Shown: positions 25,791 to 39,742 of the stretch, piece by piece
Layout of the letters: every line of letters starts with the position of its first letter
Numbering within the stretch: position 1 is the first letter of the stretch
Assembly: GCF_036321535.1 (NCBI RefSeq)
Contig: NC_087437.1
Location: 70,000,001 to 70,064,000 of the forward strand
Direction: 5' to 3'
DNA: 64,000 nt
From: Camelus dromedarius
Lineage: Eukaryota
The notes under the pieces: generated by a model
What the model was told of the DNA's origin: nothing
Databases searched by the model: none
What the model saw: only the letters and a program-made list of their open reading frames with translations
Made by a program: the position numbers and the translations under genes

Positions 25791-26949
25791 TGCTTTGTAG
25801 AAGGAAGAAATAGGCAATCTGAGAGAGGCAGCTGAAAGCCAAGTAGGATTACATTAGCACACTATAATAAAAGAATGACTCAAGCGAATGCATGAATATA
25901 TTGAAACAGAGAAGTGTCAAGTGCTTTAGATACCAAACTAACTTGAATTTTTACATCTACCTGCCATCCCCAGGTGTATATCTCTATCTTTAGTTCCTCA
26001 ACATATACAACAGTGCCTGGCAAATGGTAGGCTTTTGAGGAATATTTGTGAAATGAATTAAATAATCAATGAGAAGAAATAATAAAGATCAAATAGATAC
26101 TAGGTATTTTAATAAAAATCTAGAAATTATATTCCAATGCTATTAAGCTAGAGTTGATAACCAGTAAACCATAAGGGTACATACATGTTTATTATATAAG
26201 AAATTAAAAGGGCATAAAAGGTAAAAATGTAAAGGAGAATAAGGCCTTTCCTAACCATTCTTGCTTTAATGTCTTCATTAAATTTATCACTTTCTGACAT
26301 TACATTATATATTCATTTATTTATGTTTATTATTGGCATCTGTTAATACTCTAGAAGATTTATAAAGGTAGGAACTTTGTCTTGCTCACTACTAACATTC
26401 CTAGTACCTGAAATAGTACTGTCATATGATAGGTGCACAATAAATATTTGTCAAATGAAAGAACGATTGAGGGAGACTGGCATCTAATAACATAGAAACA
26501 TCTTGAAAACATATTACAACAAAATGAAACAACTTTTTTAATAGGTGAGTGGGAGGCAAGCTGTGGTTGAAGAGATATTTTCACATTTTAATCTATATGC
26601 CTATGTGTTGCTTGAAGTTCTGGAAACAAGAATGTGATTAAATGTTTGTTTAGCAATTTAAAAAATTATGTTTCTAAAAATTAGGCAGTTTTTACCTTGT
26701 ATATTTGTTTTCTAATTGAAATCACACAAAATAATTTTGAATACAATAGAGAATCGTTGTGGTTATTCCACATTCTTTTTTCCATGTTTTTAAGTTTATA
26801 TTAATAAGCAATTCTTGAAAATTTGGGAAAATTTGTTTAACTGTACCTGAACCTGGTTTATTTTATCTGTAAATTCAGTCATTCAACAAACACTAACACA
26901 AGACATTCCTGGAGCCTTTCAAGGATACAAAATGGAGTAGAGTTCATAC

Positions 26950-29900
26950 ATAAGCTTGGAAAAAGTTTGGGAACTGTCATTTCCATCCTTACAGCATAAA
27001 AAAAACTGAAACAAAATTAAAATTAGTAACTTGTCTTGGGCAAGTTTATCAAAGTCACAGAGCAAACAGTCACCCTTAAATCTAGAGAGACAACCAAATA
27101 TGGAGAGTAACAACGAAGATCATCTTACCAGGAGTAGGGAGCCTGTAGAGTCAGTAATGATAAGAATGCTGAAATGATCATTTTGATGAATTGCTGGAGG
27201 TTGAGTGTGTACTACCATAAGAGTGAGAAACTCTTGGAAGGTACAGTCTTAGGAGCAGTGGGGAATATTTTAATGGCTTTGACCCTCTAGGAACCTCACC
27301 AGGTTTTCATAGTTAAGAGACAAGAAAAAAATCAGCTCATTTCTCTGGCAAAGGGAAGAGAAAAGTGACCATTTGTAAATATGTCCAAAGCATTTCCCAT
27401 AACAAAGGTCTGCTCTCTAGGGAAAAAAGAAGCTATATTTAAGCTTGGGAGGGACATTTCCCTAACTCCCTCTACTCTTCCTGTTTTATGTAAAGGTGGG
27501 GTGAGGGAAGGTAAGAAGGTTTGGAGGAGCAAAGGTGAAGGTCACAGCCTGTTGACAAAGGCCCACTAAAAGATTAAAATTTAATTATAAATTACAGAAT
27601 AATTCCCCTCCCCCACTCCGTATTACCACATATACAGGGCTTCAGAAACCGTAACAGTATATTAAAGCTGAAAGAACTGCAAGACTAAGACTCTATTTAA
27701 GAAAAGTCTGTCTAAATACATCAATTAAAGACATTAGAGTGCATAAAAAAACAAGCCCCAACTATGTATGTTCTCTACAAGAAACCTACTTTAAATATAA
27801 AGGCACAAAGGGATGAAGAAAGATATAAGAAAGGGGTCAATTCTTTAAGAGGACATAACAATCATTAAAGGGTATGCATATAACAGAGTGTCAAAACAAT
27901 GAGAAAAAAACTGATAGTACTACAAGGAGAAATGACAAATCCATGATTCTAGCTGGACAGTTAACTCCTTTATTTTGGTAATTAACAGACCAAGAGGCAT
28001 AATGTTAGTAAGGATAAAGTTGACTGAAACAGCACTATCAATCAACTTGATCTAATGGATATTTATAGAATTCTCGATCCAATAACATCAGAATACATAT
28101 TCTCCTTAAGCTCATATGGAAAATTCACCAAGATAGAGCACATCTGGGGCCATAAAACACACCTTGACAAATCTAAAAACCTAGAAATCATGCAAAATAT
28201 ATTCTCATATCTCAACTGAATTAACAGAGAAATCAATAACAGAAGGATATCTAGAAAATCCTCAAATATTTGGAGATTAAACAACACACTGCTAAATAAC
28301 ATATAGGTCAAAGAAGAAATCTCAAGGGAAATTTAAAAATATATTTTTAATTTAATGAAAATATAATTTATTGAAATGTGTGGAATGGAGTATAAGCAGT
28401 ATATAAAGGGGAATTTATAGCATTAAATCTTACATTTGAAAAGAAGATCACAAATTAGTAGTCCAGGCTTTCACCTTAGGAAACTAAAAAAAGAAGTGAA
28501 TTTTAAGCCAAAGACAGGAAGAAGAAGAAAAAATTTTAAATTAGAGCTGAAATCAATAAAGTTGAAAACAGGAAAACAGTAGACAAAATCAACAAAATAA
28601 AAGCTGGTTCTTTGAAAATAGCATTAAATTGATGAACTGCTAGTTATGCTAACCAGGAAAAAAAGATAAAAGACACAGATTATCAGTATCAGAAATAAAA
28701 GATATTTTCATTACTACTGACACATGGACATTAAAAGGATGAAAATGGAATACTATGAACAACTGTGTAATCACACATTTGATAACTTAGATGAAATGGA
28801 CCAATTCCTTGAAGGTTACAAACTATGAAAAATTAAAAAAAACAAAATAGATAATCCAAGCCAGACTATATTTATTAATTCAATATATTAAATCAATAAC
28901 TAATAGTCTTCCTAAACAGAGCACCAGGCCCAGATGGTACAGACTGTTGAAGGAAGAAATGACAGCAATTCTTTACAATCTCTTCCAGAAATCAGTAGCA
29001 GAGAGCACTTTCTATTGCATTCTACGAGGCCAGCATTACCCTAACACCCAAGCCAGATAAAGACATAATAAGAGTGGAAAACTATAGACCAAAATAGATG
29101 CAAAAATTCTCAACCAAATATTAGCAAAGCAATTCCAACAATGTATAAAAAGGATTTGAAAACCACAACCCAGGAGGAATTTACTCTACTTATAAAACAC
29201 TGGTTCAGCATTTGAAAAATCAGTTACTGTACTCTACCAAATCAACATGCTAAAGGAACCATGTGATTACATCAATTTTAAAGAAAAACTATTTGACAAA
29301 ATCTAAAGCCCATTTATCATAAAAACTCTCAGTACACCAGGAATAGAGAGGAACTTCCTCAACTTGATAAAGAATATCTACTCAAAGCCTGCAAGTAACA
29401 TTATAGTTAATGGTAAGAAACTGGAGAATTTCCCTCTGATTGGGAAAAGGTAAGGATGTCCCCTCTCACCAGTCCTATTCAACATTGTACTAGAAGTTCT
29501 AGCCAGTCCATTTAGACAATACAAAGGAAAAAAAGTATACAGATTAAAAAAGAAGGAATAAAAATATCATTGTTCCCAGAAGGCACAGTTGTCTATGTAG
29601 AAAATCTCGGAGTTGAAAGAAGGAAAAAAAAAAAAACAAAAAACAAAACCTGGAACTAATAGGTGATTATAGCAATCTGTCAGGATACAAGTTTAATATA
29701 CAGAGGTCAAGTGTTTTCCTTTATACTAGCAGTGAATAATTGTAATTTGAAATTAAGAACACAATGCCATTTAAATTAGCAACAAACATTGAAATTCTTA
29801 GGTATAAATCTAATGATATACGTACAGGATCTGTATGTGGGAAACTACAGATCTGATGAAAGAAATCAAAAAAGATCTAAACAGAGAGCTGTACCATATT

Positions 29901-32900
29901 TATGAATTGAAAAATTCAATATTGTTAAGATGCCAAATCTTCTCAACTCCTCTATAAATTCAATGCAGTTCTATTCAAAATCACAACAAGCTCCTTTGTA
30001 AATATCTGTAAAGTGATTCTAAAATGTATATGGAAAAGCAAAAGACCCCAAATAGCCAATATAATATTGAAGAAGAACAACACTGGAAGATTGACATCCA
30101 ACTTCGAGATCTACAGACTTATTGTTAAACTACAGTAATCAATGCAGTGTGGTATTGTTAAAAGAATGGGTACACTGACAAATGGATCAGAATAGAAAGC
30201 CCAGAAACAGACACCTACAAATATCATCAACTGATCTTTGACAAAGGCAGAAAGGCAATTTAATGGAGCAGGAAAAGTCTATTCAACAAGTGGCACTGAA
30301 CAATTAGATGTTTATTTAAAAAAAAATTAGACACAGAACTTACACTTTCATAAAAAGTTAACTCAAAATGGGTCATACACTTAAATGTAATATTTAGAAC
30401 TATAAAATTTCTAGAAGAACACATAAGAGAAAATCTAGGTGACATCAGACTTGATGATAAGTTTTTAGATACAACAACAAAAGTAGGATTCGTTAAAGAA
30501 AAAAATAATAAGCTTGACTTTATTGAAATTAAAAAATTTCTACTCTGTGAAAGACACTGTTGAGAGAATGAAAAGGTAAGCCACAGACTGGAAGAAAATG
30601 TTCACAAAACACATATCTAGTAAAGATCTTGTATCCAAAATATAAAAAGAATTCTTAAAATTCAGCAATTAGAAAACAAACAACCCAATTTAAAAATGGG
30701 CGAAAGATCTGAATAGGCACCTTACCAAATAAGGTATACAGATGGCAAATAAGCATATAAAAAGATACTCAACATTATATGTCATCAGGGAATTGCAAAT
30801 CAAATCAACAATAAGATACCATTACACACCTGTTAAAATGGCTAAAATCCAAAACACTGACAACACTAAATGTTGGTGACGATTTGAAGCAACAGGAACT
30901 CTCATTCCTTGCTGGTAGGAATGCAAAACGGTACAGCTACTTCAAAAGACAGTTTGGCAGTTTTTTATGAAGCTAATGTAGTCCTACCATATGATTCAAC
31001 AATCACACTCCAAGGCATTTACCCTCATTTGAAAACTTATGCTCACACAAAAAACCAGCATGCAAATGTTTATAGCAGCTTTATTCGTAATATCCAAAAA
31101 CCAGAAGTAACCAAGATGTCCTCCAATGGGTGAATGGATACACAAACTATTCTATTCATAAAATAGAATATTATTCAGGAATAAAAAGAAATTACCTATC
31201 AAACAATGAAAAGACATGGGGGAATCTTAAATGTAAATGGCTATGTGAAGACAGCCAGTCTGAAAAAGCTACATGTGATTCCAATTATATAACATTCTGG
31301 AAAAGGCAAAACTATAGAGAAAGTAGAAACATCAGTGGTTGCTATGCATTTGAGTAAAGGGGTCAAGGGTTGAATACGTGAAGCATAGGGGATTTCTATG
31401 GCAGTGAAACTATTCTACATGATACTAGACATTATGTCTTTCTTTTCAAAACCTATAGAACTTTACAGCACAAAGAATGAACATTAATGTATAGAAATTA
31501 AAAAAAATAATTTAGAAGTACAGAAAATCTCATAAAGGAATGCAGATTTTGACAAATGGGCCTGTTTTATAAAAGTATAAAAGAAGCTTACTGAATAGGT
31601 GTATGGAAAAATGTTGATCTAAGCAATGCTGAAAATGAGTGGAGGCTATAAGACCAGAGGTAAAGGAACTGCACATAAGCACTGTACTTTGGTTGATAAA
31701 GTTGTGCTACATGGCAGGATCAGTTAACAATTCTGAAATCACTGTACATGTACACTGGAATCGAACAATTAAGTAGGTGGATGGTGGTTGGTGGGAACCA
31801 AGTTTCTCATCGTTAGAGTGGAAGGTTATAGGTAAACAAGAGGATGAGGCTAGAATAATCCACGTGGTAATGGATTAAAGTTGGAGACATCAGTATGACC
31901 CATGTTTAGCTTAATAAAGGTACAGATGATTACATATAGAAATATTTGTAGATAAATATATATACATGAGTTAAGATACAGACATATAGAGGAAAAAAAG
32001 GAAGAAAAAAGGAAAAAAAAGAAAAAAATTAAGATATAGACATATATTTCTTTGCTATGTCAGCAGACAGGATCTAGAAACAATGACATAACAGTAAAAA
32101 TGAGCATATTTAGCACCCAGATCTTGGATTCCAATATCATTTTCCCACAAGAAGAAAATGAGCCTCCTTGGAGAAATAGCTGATTCTGGTACTGAGGCAG
32201 GAAATGTACAAGATGCACCTGGAGCATCTTATAGTACCAGGAAGTAAGGAAGTGCTCAAAAACAAACAAACAAACAACAACAACAACAACAACAACAAAA
32301 CCGTAAATTGATGGGATGGGTTCCCATCCCAGCCCACAGATTGAAGAGACATAGGTGCCAACTGAAAGAACCCCTAATGGCTAAAACTGAAACAATTTGA
32401 GAAAATAAATAAAGTGCTTTTGGACTATAGCACAAAATATAACATAAATTACATAAGTCCATACTGATATAAATAAATGATTGAATACATTAATAAATGG
32501 AGAGATGAGACAAATCTCTCCTGCAAAAGAATTCCAAATAGTGTATGTAGATAATCTGCCCTCAAGGAGGGTCCACAAATCCCTACTCCCTAAGTGTGGG
32601 CTGCACACAGTACAAATTGGGAAAGGGGGAGAACGGGTGATGGTTTACAGTGGAAAAGCCTGAAAAACAATACTATAGCTAAATGAACAAGGTCATATCA
32701 ATATGATATCATGTGCCCTTAATATGATATGATGAAAATGGCACTCTGTCTTTGAGGTTTTCCTCCCCCCAAAAGCCATAACCACAGTCTAAGCATCAGA
32801 AAAACAGACAAATTCCAGTAGAGTGGGGTCCTATAAAATACTTGACTAGTACTCTTCAAAACTGTCAAGGTCATCAAGAACAAGGAAATTCTGAGAAACT

Positions 32901-33180
32901 GTCATAGCCAATAGTAGCCTAATGAGACATGAAAACTGTGATATGGTATCATTATGAGATCCTGGAATAGAAAGAAACATTTGATAAAAACTAAGGAAAT
33001 CTAGATACACTATGGACTTTAGTTAATACTAACATATCAGTACCGGTTCATTAATTGTGGCCAATGTACCAAACTAAAGTAAGATGTTATTAGGGGAAAC
33101 TGAATGTCAGGTATATAGGAACTCTCTGTATTGTCTTCTCAATTTTTCTGTAAATCTAAAACTGTTATTAAAAATAAAGT
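26950..33180 (+). mobile_element. Long degenerate L1MC/MD-type element (5' segment, ORF2, long 3' UTR)
   Basis: ORF2 endonuclease-like start near 27710, RT region ~29000-29900, CCHC region ~30800-31100, L1MC3-like 3' UTR ending ctaaaactgttattaaaaataaagt. Many stops and frameshifts. Confidence 0.88.
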
Positions 33181-33638
33181 CTGGTTTGAGAACTAAATGA
33201 CATATAGTCAAAAAAAAATTTTAATTGATTAAAACATTCTTGGGAAGAAAAAAGGAGCAAACCTAGTTCTGACCTGCAGATGTTCACTAGGAGAAAATTA
33301 GTAAACAAGTAACTGTAAAACAAAATGGTTCTATATAAGGAGAGTCAAATGAGTACAAAAAAGATGTGAAGACTGGAAGGGGGTAACAGGAGAAAAGGCA
33401 TTCCGAATGGAAGAAAACACAGAAAACTACCAGTTTAGCTGAAGAACAATTCTGTGTGGTAAAACAAAACCAAACTAAAACAAACAACAACAACAAAACA
33501 AGTGGATTTAGACTCAACTGCACAAATCTTTAAGTGCCTAGTTTAGAATTTTGGTAATTTATTAAGAATTACAATATTTATACTGCTCATCAATGCTGTT
33601 TAAGACCAATGGTTTAAACAAAGCATTTTATTTCTTAC

Positions 33639-36335
33639 TCAAATTGAGACATCTCGAAGAACATTATTGAGCAGAGTTACACCCCGGATAAGATAAGATT
33701 AATGAAGTATTTCAGAATGGGTTGCAGAGAATTTCTCCACAACTAAAGTTAATAGGAAAAAATATTTCTAAAGTTTTAGAAATAAAAATTAAATTTTGCA
33801 GGCTAACATGAAGTCAGTATATAATGTTTTGGTTATTAATATTTCTCTTACTTATTTCATCTCTACTCTGCTGCAAGAGTATAATGTCTTTTTAATAAAA
33901 GATCAAACATAGCAAGGTGTTATCCAGATTTCTCTTACTGAAACAACCCCCCCAAAAAAATTAAACAAGTTTCAAATATTTCCATAATATCTTAAAAAAT
34001 AGTTACCTTGGAGGAGACTACATAGTGACTCAAAAAAAGGCTTTTAAAAGTACATTTGGTTAAAGTAGAGATTTGGGGTCAATCAGAGCTGGGTTTTAAA
34101 CCTGGCTCCACCATCTACAACCTACGTGACCCTGAGTGAGTTACTTCACCTATTTAAACCCCACTTTTCTTCTGTAAATTTGGGACAATAGTCTTTTCCT
34201 TAGTTTTCCTATGACATTTAAAGAAAAAAATACGTATATGTCTCAACTTCTGGCACATCATAAGCCCCAATAAATGTCAAGTATTACTATTTTAAAATAG
34301 TAATTAACAAGGCACTTCATAAACACTCTAAAATAGTACTTTTTATCTTACACCATGCCTTTCCATATGTGAATATAAATAACCATCTTGTAAAAGGCAT
34401 GGGTAAAGACACTTCTACATTTTATAAGCCACATTTGGCAAAGCTCTGGCCTTCTGAAGGCTTTACCCATCGTTCTCAGATGGCCGCCTTTTCAGTTGAT
34501 CTTTATGATAAATAAAGGAACACAACAATTTTCTCTCTCATCTCACCCTGAACCTAAGATGTTGCTGCTTGCTACCTCTGCCTTGCAGGATACTGCGTGG
34601 AATACAGTGCAATTAGCTAAGGAAAGGTTAAATGCACTTTAATTCCATATATATAGGGTGATAATTCAAGTTCAAATGTGTTTTCAAAATGCAGCACCTC
34701 ATAAATAATGAAACCAAGAGTGGTGTGAAGGAAAGGAGATTATCATACCAGATATTCTCCACAGTCACTGCCATTTTTACATCCAGTGAAAGACCAGGTT
34801 TCCAGAACCTGTGAACAACATTGGTTAATCAGTAAGTAGAGCATCTATGGGACCAGAAGTTTATCTAAGCACCCTTTTTTGAGCATTTAAAACTCAGAGT
34901 CTAATCATCAAATACACAGAAGATTTTCTTCCATATAAAACAATTACAAAATCTGGGTGAACACTATTGGAAGTGGACATTTTATATTTTCAGTTGCAGA
35001 TCACCAGCCATATGTTAATCTCATACATTCATGAGGGCATGGCTCCATAGGTGGTGGTTCCAGAATACAAACATGGAATTAGAAGCAGCTTAGGTATAAT
35101 GAAAGAACAGTCTATATGTTAACTAAAGAAAAGAATAGAAACATAAATAGAGAAAAAATGTAAACTTATGAGAGGATTATCTTTAAAGAGGTAACTAAGG
35201 CCTTGTGACAAAAATAAGAGTATGTGACAGAAGCTTTGACATTGTCTGTGCCTGCTCACTTATGTGTTGTGCTTGAGACATAAAATACTGAAGAGAAAAA
35301 AGAGACAGCAAAAGAAGAGAGAGTGTGTATGAAAGGACACTATAATCTTAAAATTGAAGCAATAAATTATACCTGGAATCTCCCCAGAGACCTGTGACTA
35401 GGAAACTGAAAGCATTTCCTTCTATTTATTTTATAAGTACAATAAACTTTATCAGCTTTTAGTATTGGAAACTTGTGCAGTATTTAAAAGCTGTTTACTT
35501 TTGATGTTATTCAGGAGATAGTATCAGGGGGCTAATGAAAAAGAAAGTTGGGCTGGGGTTAGGGGTCTCTTGTGTTCCTGTCCAACAATCAAGATTAATC
35601 ATAGAGATTTATCATTGTGCTTCCTGGTTCATTCACCAGAGCCAACAGAAGGTGCTGTCTAGCCTGTGATATAACTGGGTGCTCACAGGCACACAGCTTC
35701 CTGGCCGTACAGAAGGTCATTATGGATAGACTCCTTGCACCAACACAATAACAGCTGTGCTCGAGGCCTCCAATCAGGAGACATTAATAGAGGAAAGACT
35801 GAGCAGAAAAGAGACTTGAGGTGGCTCTGTGTCATATGGTCAGATAAATAAAGACAGGTTCTTTGCAAAGCCACTATCTCACTTCAGTGTCAATGACAAC
35901 AGTTGATGTGCACTCTGGACCTTAGGTTTAGACCTGAGAAGACTTAGAAGTGGTAAAGGACAGTTCATCCAGGACTTAAATCTCTTTCTAATAAAAATGC
36001 AAATTTCAAGTTGTAGATCAAAGGCTGTAAATTTAAAACTTAGGCACTCTCAAATAATCTTTACAAAATTCTTCCCAGTGTGCCCACATTTTTGGTGGGT
36101 CAAAACATCCTTGCCAGGTTCTAGGTATTTACGTGGTCTTCATAGATTTCCCAGACTTTTCAGGGGCTATATAGATAGTGGCTGTTTCCACCCCTGAATC
36201 ATTACAGAAGTTTGTACAAGTCAGTCAACTGTTTTTACCTTTTCATACCAGTGCCACTGTCTTGCTATTGTCATCCATATGGCAACATCACTCACAATTT
36301 TGTCTCAAGCTCCTTCGAAATCTCTCTTAATATAC
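33639..36335 (-). pseudogene. Dense exon cluster of the GREB1-like gene (9 small exons)
   Basis: Exons: 36335-36296, 36193-36133, 35933-35883, 35798-35687, 35397-35373, 34808-34749, 34616-34576, 34500-34467, 33742-33639. All phase-compatible: RYIKRDFEGA*DKIGWKQPLSI*PLKSLGNL*RPRLNLRSRVHINCCH*H*IFPLLMSPDWRPRAQLLLCWCKESIHNDLLYGQEAVCLHRSLGRFQVLETWSFTGCKNGSDCGEYLLIALYSTQYPARQRSTEKAAI*ERWLWRNSLQPILKYFINLILSGV*LCSIMFFEMSQF. Confidence 0.78.
34055..34290 (+). mobile_element. MIR SINE
   Basis: ctgggttttaaacctggctccaccat...gtgaccctgagtgagttacttcacc...ctgtaaa...aataaatgt. Confidence 0.8.
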
Positions 36336-36686
36336 CTATTGCTCATATTTTTAATAGAGACAAGTGTTCTAATAAATTTAGGAAATTCAAAACAAAAACA
36401 AATTTTGCCTTAATATTTTATATCACTGCCAGGAATTTGTAAAAAAGCAAATCAAAAACAATTCTTTAAAATCTCAAATTCTTTGACAGTCTGCTTTGCA
36501 GAGAAATAAAATTAAACATAAAAATAAAGAGAAGAAACATATCAGCATAAGTAATATATTTAATGAAGCTTGTTTTAATCTTGTTGTTGCTTTTTGTTTT
36601 ATTTTAGATGGACAACTGTACATATCCCTGAGGGTCCACTTCACTAAAACCACCTAAGTAACAGTGGAAGACTGTATTACATCCTC

Positions 36687-38718
36687 TGACATGTTACTAT
36701 ATATAGAAGACCATAAAAGGTCCACACAAAAACTACTAGAGCTGATTAAAGAATTCAGCAAGGTAGCAGGTTACAAGATTAACGTTCAAAAATCAGTTGC
36801 ATTTCTTTACACTAATGATGAAGCAACAGAAAAAGAAAGTAAGGAAACAATCCCCTTTAAAATAGCACACAAAGTAATAAAATACCTAGAGATAAATCTA
36901 ACCAAGGAGGTAAAAGAATCATACAGAGAAAACTATAAATCATTCATGAAGGAAATTAAAGAAGACTTTTAAAAATGGAAAGATACCCCATGCTCTTGGA
37001 TTGGAAGAATCAATATTGTTAAAATGGTCACACTGCCCAAGGCAATCTACAGATTTAATGCAATCCCTATCAAATTACCCAGGACATATTTCACAGAACT
37101 AGAACAAATCATAATAAAATTTATATGGAACCATCAAAGACCTAGAATTGCCAAAACATTACTGAAGAGAAAGAAAGAGGCCAGAGGAATAACTCTCCCA
37201 GATTTCAGACAACACTATAGAGCTACAGTCATCAAGACAGCATGGTATTGGTACAAAAACAGACATATAGACCAATGGAACAGAATAGAGAGCCCAGAAA
37301 TGAACCCACAAACTTTTGGTCAACTAATCTTCGACAAAGGAGGCAAGAATATGCAATGGAATAAAGATAGTCTCTTCAGCAAATGGTGTTGGGGAAACTG
37401 GACAGCAGCATGTAAAGCAATGAAGCTAGGACACTCCCTCACACCATACACAAAAATAAACTCTAAATGGATCAAAGACTTAAACATAAGACAAGATACA
37501 ATAAACCTCCTAGAGGAAAATATAGGCAAAACATTATCTGACATACATCTCAGAAATGTTCTCTTAGAACAGTCTACTCAAGCAATAGAAATAAAAGCAA
37601 GAATAAACAAATAGGACCTAATGAAACTTACAAGCTTCTGCACAGCAAAGGAAACCAGAAGTAAAACAAAAAGACAACCTACGGAATGGGAAAAATTTTT
37701 GCAAATGAAACCGACAAAGGCTTGATCTCCAGAATATATAAGCAGCTCATACAACTTAATAAGAAACAACCAAACAACCCAATCCAAAAATAGGCAAAAG
37801 ACCTAAACAAGCAATTCTCCAAGGAAGACATACAAATGATCAAAAGGCACATGAAAAAATGCTCAATATCACTAATTATCAGAGAAATGCAAATCAAAAC
37901 TACAATGAGGTATCACCTCACACCAGTCAGAATGGCCATCATTCAAAACTCCACAAATGACAAATGCTGGAGAGGCTGTGTAGAAAGGGGAACCCTCCTA
38001 CACTGCTGGTGGGAATGCAGTTTGGTGCAGCCACTGTGGAAAACAGTATGGAGATTCCTCAAAAGACTAGGAATAGACTTACCGTATGACCCAGGAATCC
38101 TGCTCCTAGGCATATATCCAGAAGGAACCCTACTTCAGGATGACACCTGCACCCCAATGTTCATAGCAGCACTATTTACAATAGCCAAGACATGGAGACA
38201 GCCTAAATGTCCATCAACGGATGACTGGATAAAGAAGAGGTGGTATATTTATACAATGGAATACTACTCAGCCATAAAAACTGACAACATGACACCATTT
38301 GCAGCAACATGGATGCTCCTGCAGAATGTCATTCTAAGTGAAGTAAGCCAGAAAGAGAAAGAAAAATACCATATGAGATCGCTCATATATGGAATCTAAA
38401 ACAAACAAACAAACAAAGCATAAATACAAAACAGAAACAGACTCAAAGACATAGAATACAAACTTGTGGTTGCCAAGGGGGCGGAGGGTGAGAAGGGATA
38501 GATGGGATTTCAAAATTGTAGAATAGATAAACAAGATTATACTGTATAGCACAGGGAAATATACACAAGATCTTATGGTAGCGCACAGAAAAAAAAAAGG
38601 TGACAATGAATATATATATGTTCATGTATAACTGAAAAATCATGCTCTACACTGGAATTTGACACAATATTGTAAAATGATTATAAATCAATAAAAAATG
38701 TTATATTGTTAAAAAAAA
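36687..38718 (+). mobile_element. Young 5'-truncated camelid L1 (ORF2 RT C-terminal part and CCHC region, 3' UTR, polyA)
   Basis: Track ORFs 36664..36972, 37024..37614 and 37836..38399 are near-consensus ORF2p ([33 protein letters not shown]) with few disruptions. TSD tattacatcctc / tattatgtcctc. Confidence 0.96.
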
Positions 38719-38929
38719 TATTATGTCCTCCACACTTCTGGTCCCATGAAGACAAAGTTCCAAATCTCTGGCCCATCCCAGAGTCTCCAAACTCCAAAAA
38801 ATTAGGATCTGTGCTGGAGTTTGGATCAGCTGTTTTAGAGATTTTTGAAGTTGGTGGGGAATCCTGTTCAGGCCTCTGCAGGTTTCAGTCTTTCCTGGGA
38901 AGTTGGCGGAGTCTGATTCCATCCAAATT

Positions 38930-39035
38930 CCCACTAGAATGAATGCTCCGGAAGGGCGGGGGATTGTATGTTTTGTTCAGTGTGCTGTAGGGCCAGTATT
39001 TCGTGCTCAGTAAATATTTGTTGAATGAATGAATA
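38930..39035 (+). mobile_element. L2 3' end
   Basis: gtgctcagtaaatatttgttgaatgaatgaat. Confidence 0.8.
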
Positions 39036-39742
39036 AACCCCGTGAACTTTCTGGGAGTTATAAGAAGATTTAATTACATCTCAGGTTTCCTGGGAATTGT
39101 GAGAAGGCCTGGAGGCCATGGGGATGGCTGGTTTGGGAAGGAAATGTTGGCAGGTGCAGCACTATTTGATAGGGTCAGCTGCAGGCATTATTAAGAACAC
39201 TGTAACAACAGTACAGGTCCTTGGAAATAATAAACTGTATACGTTTAGTACATTATTAAATTTTGGTCCATATTACATTTTTGTTTTGGGTTTTTTTTTT
39301 TTTTTTTTGACTTATTGTTAGGTCAGAGAACAAAAAGGGTAAAATTTCGCTGGTAATAAGAAGCAGCAAAGCATATGAAAATCAGTTCCCTTTTGTTTTT
39401 AATTTGGCAAGTATTTGAAGATCTAAATGGTAGAGACGGTTTCAACACAGCATCTTTTAAAGTACTTGACCAAGATTCCCCTGTAAAGAATTTTTTAACC
39501 CTTGTTAGAGACCACTTTTACTGAAATTATAACAGATTAGGTCAAACTCAAACAAAATAAATTCAACCAAATGTCACAAACACAGACTGAATAAATATGT
39601 AACTGAACAGAGAAAACTATCTGTTGTTTGGGACTGATTTTTTTAATGCAACCATTATCATAAAGCCCTTAGCCATTTCATCTATCTGATGGGCTGCTTC
39701 TATTGAAATGGCAGCTATTAGCTGAATTCTTCTTAATGTTAC

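Noticed and set aside
25513..25842. Track ORFs rich in KERK/FFLS
   Set aside because: Translations of the (CTTT)n/(CCTT)n microsatellite.
34749..35798. Resemblance to an adhesion-GPCR GPS motif (WSFTGC, CACEH)
   Set aside because: Motifs are in the wrong order and different frames; the phase-consistent reading matches GREB1.
36664..38399. L1 ORF2 as an active or domesticated gene
   Set aside because: 5'-truncated, with stops and a frameshift.
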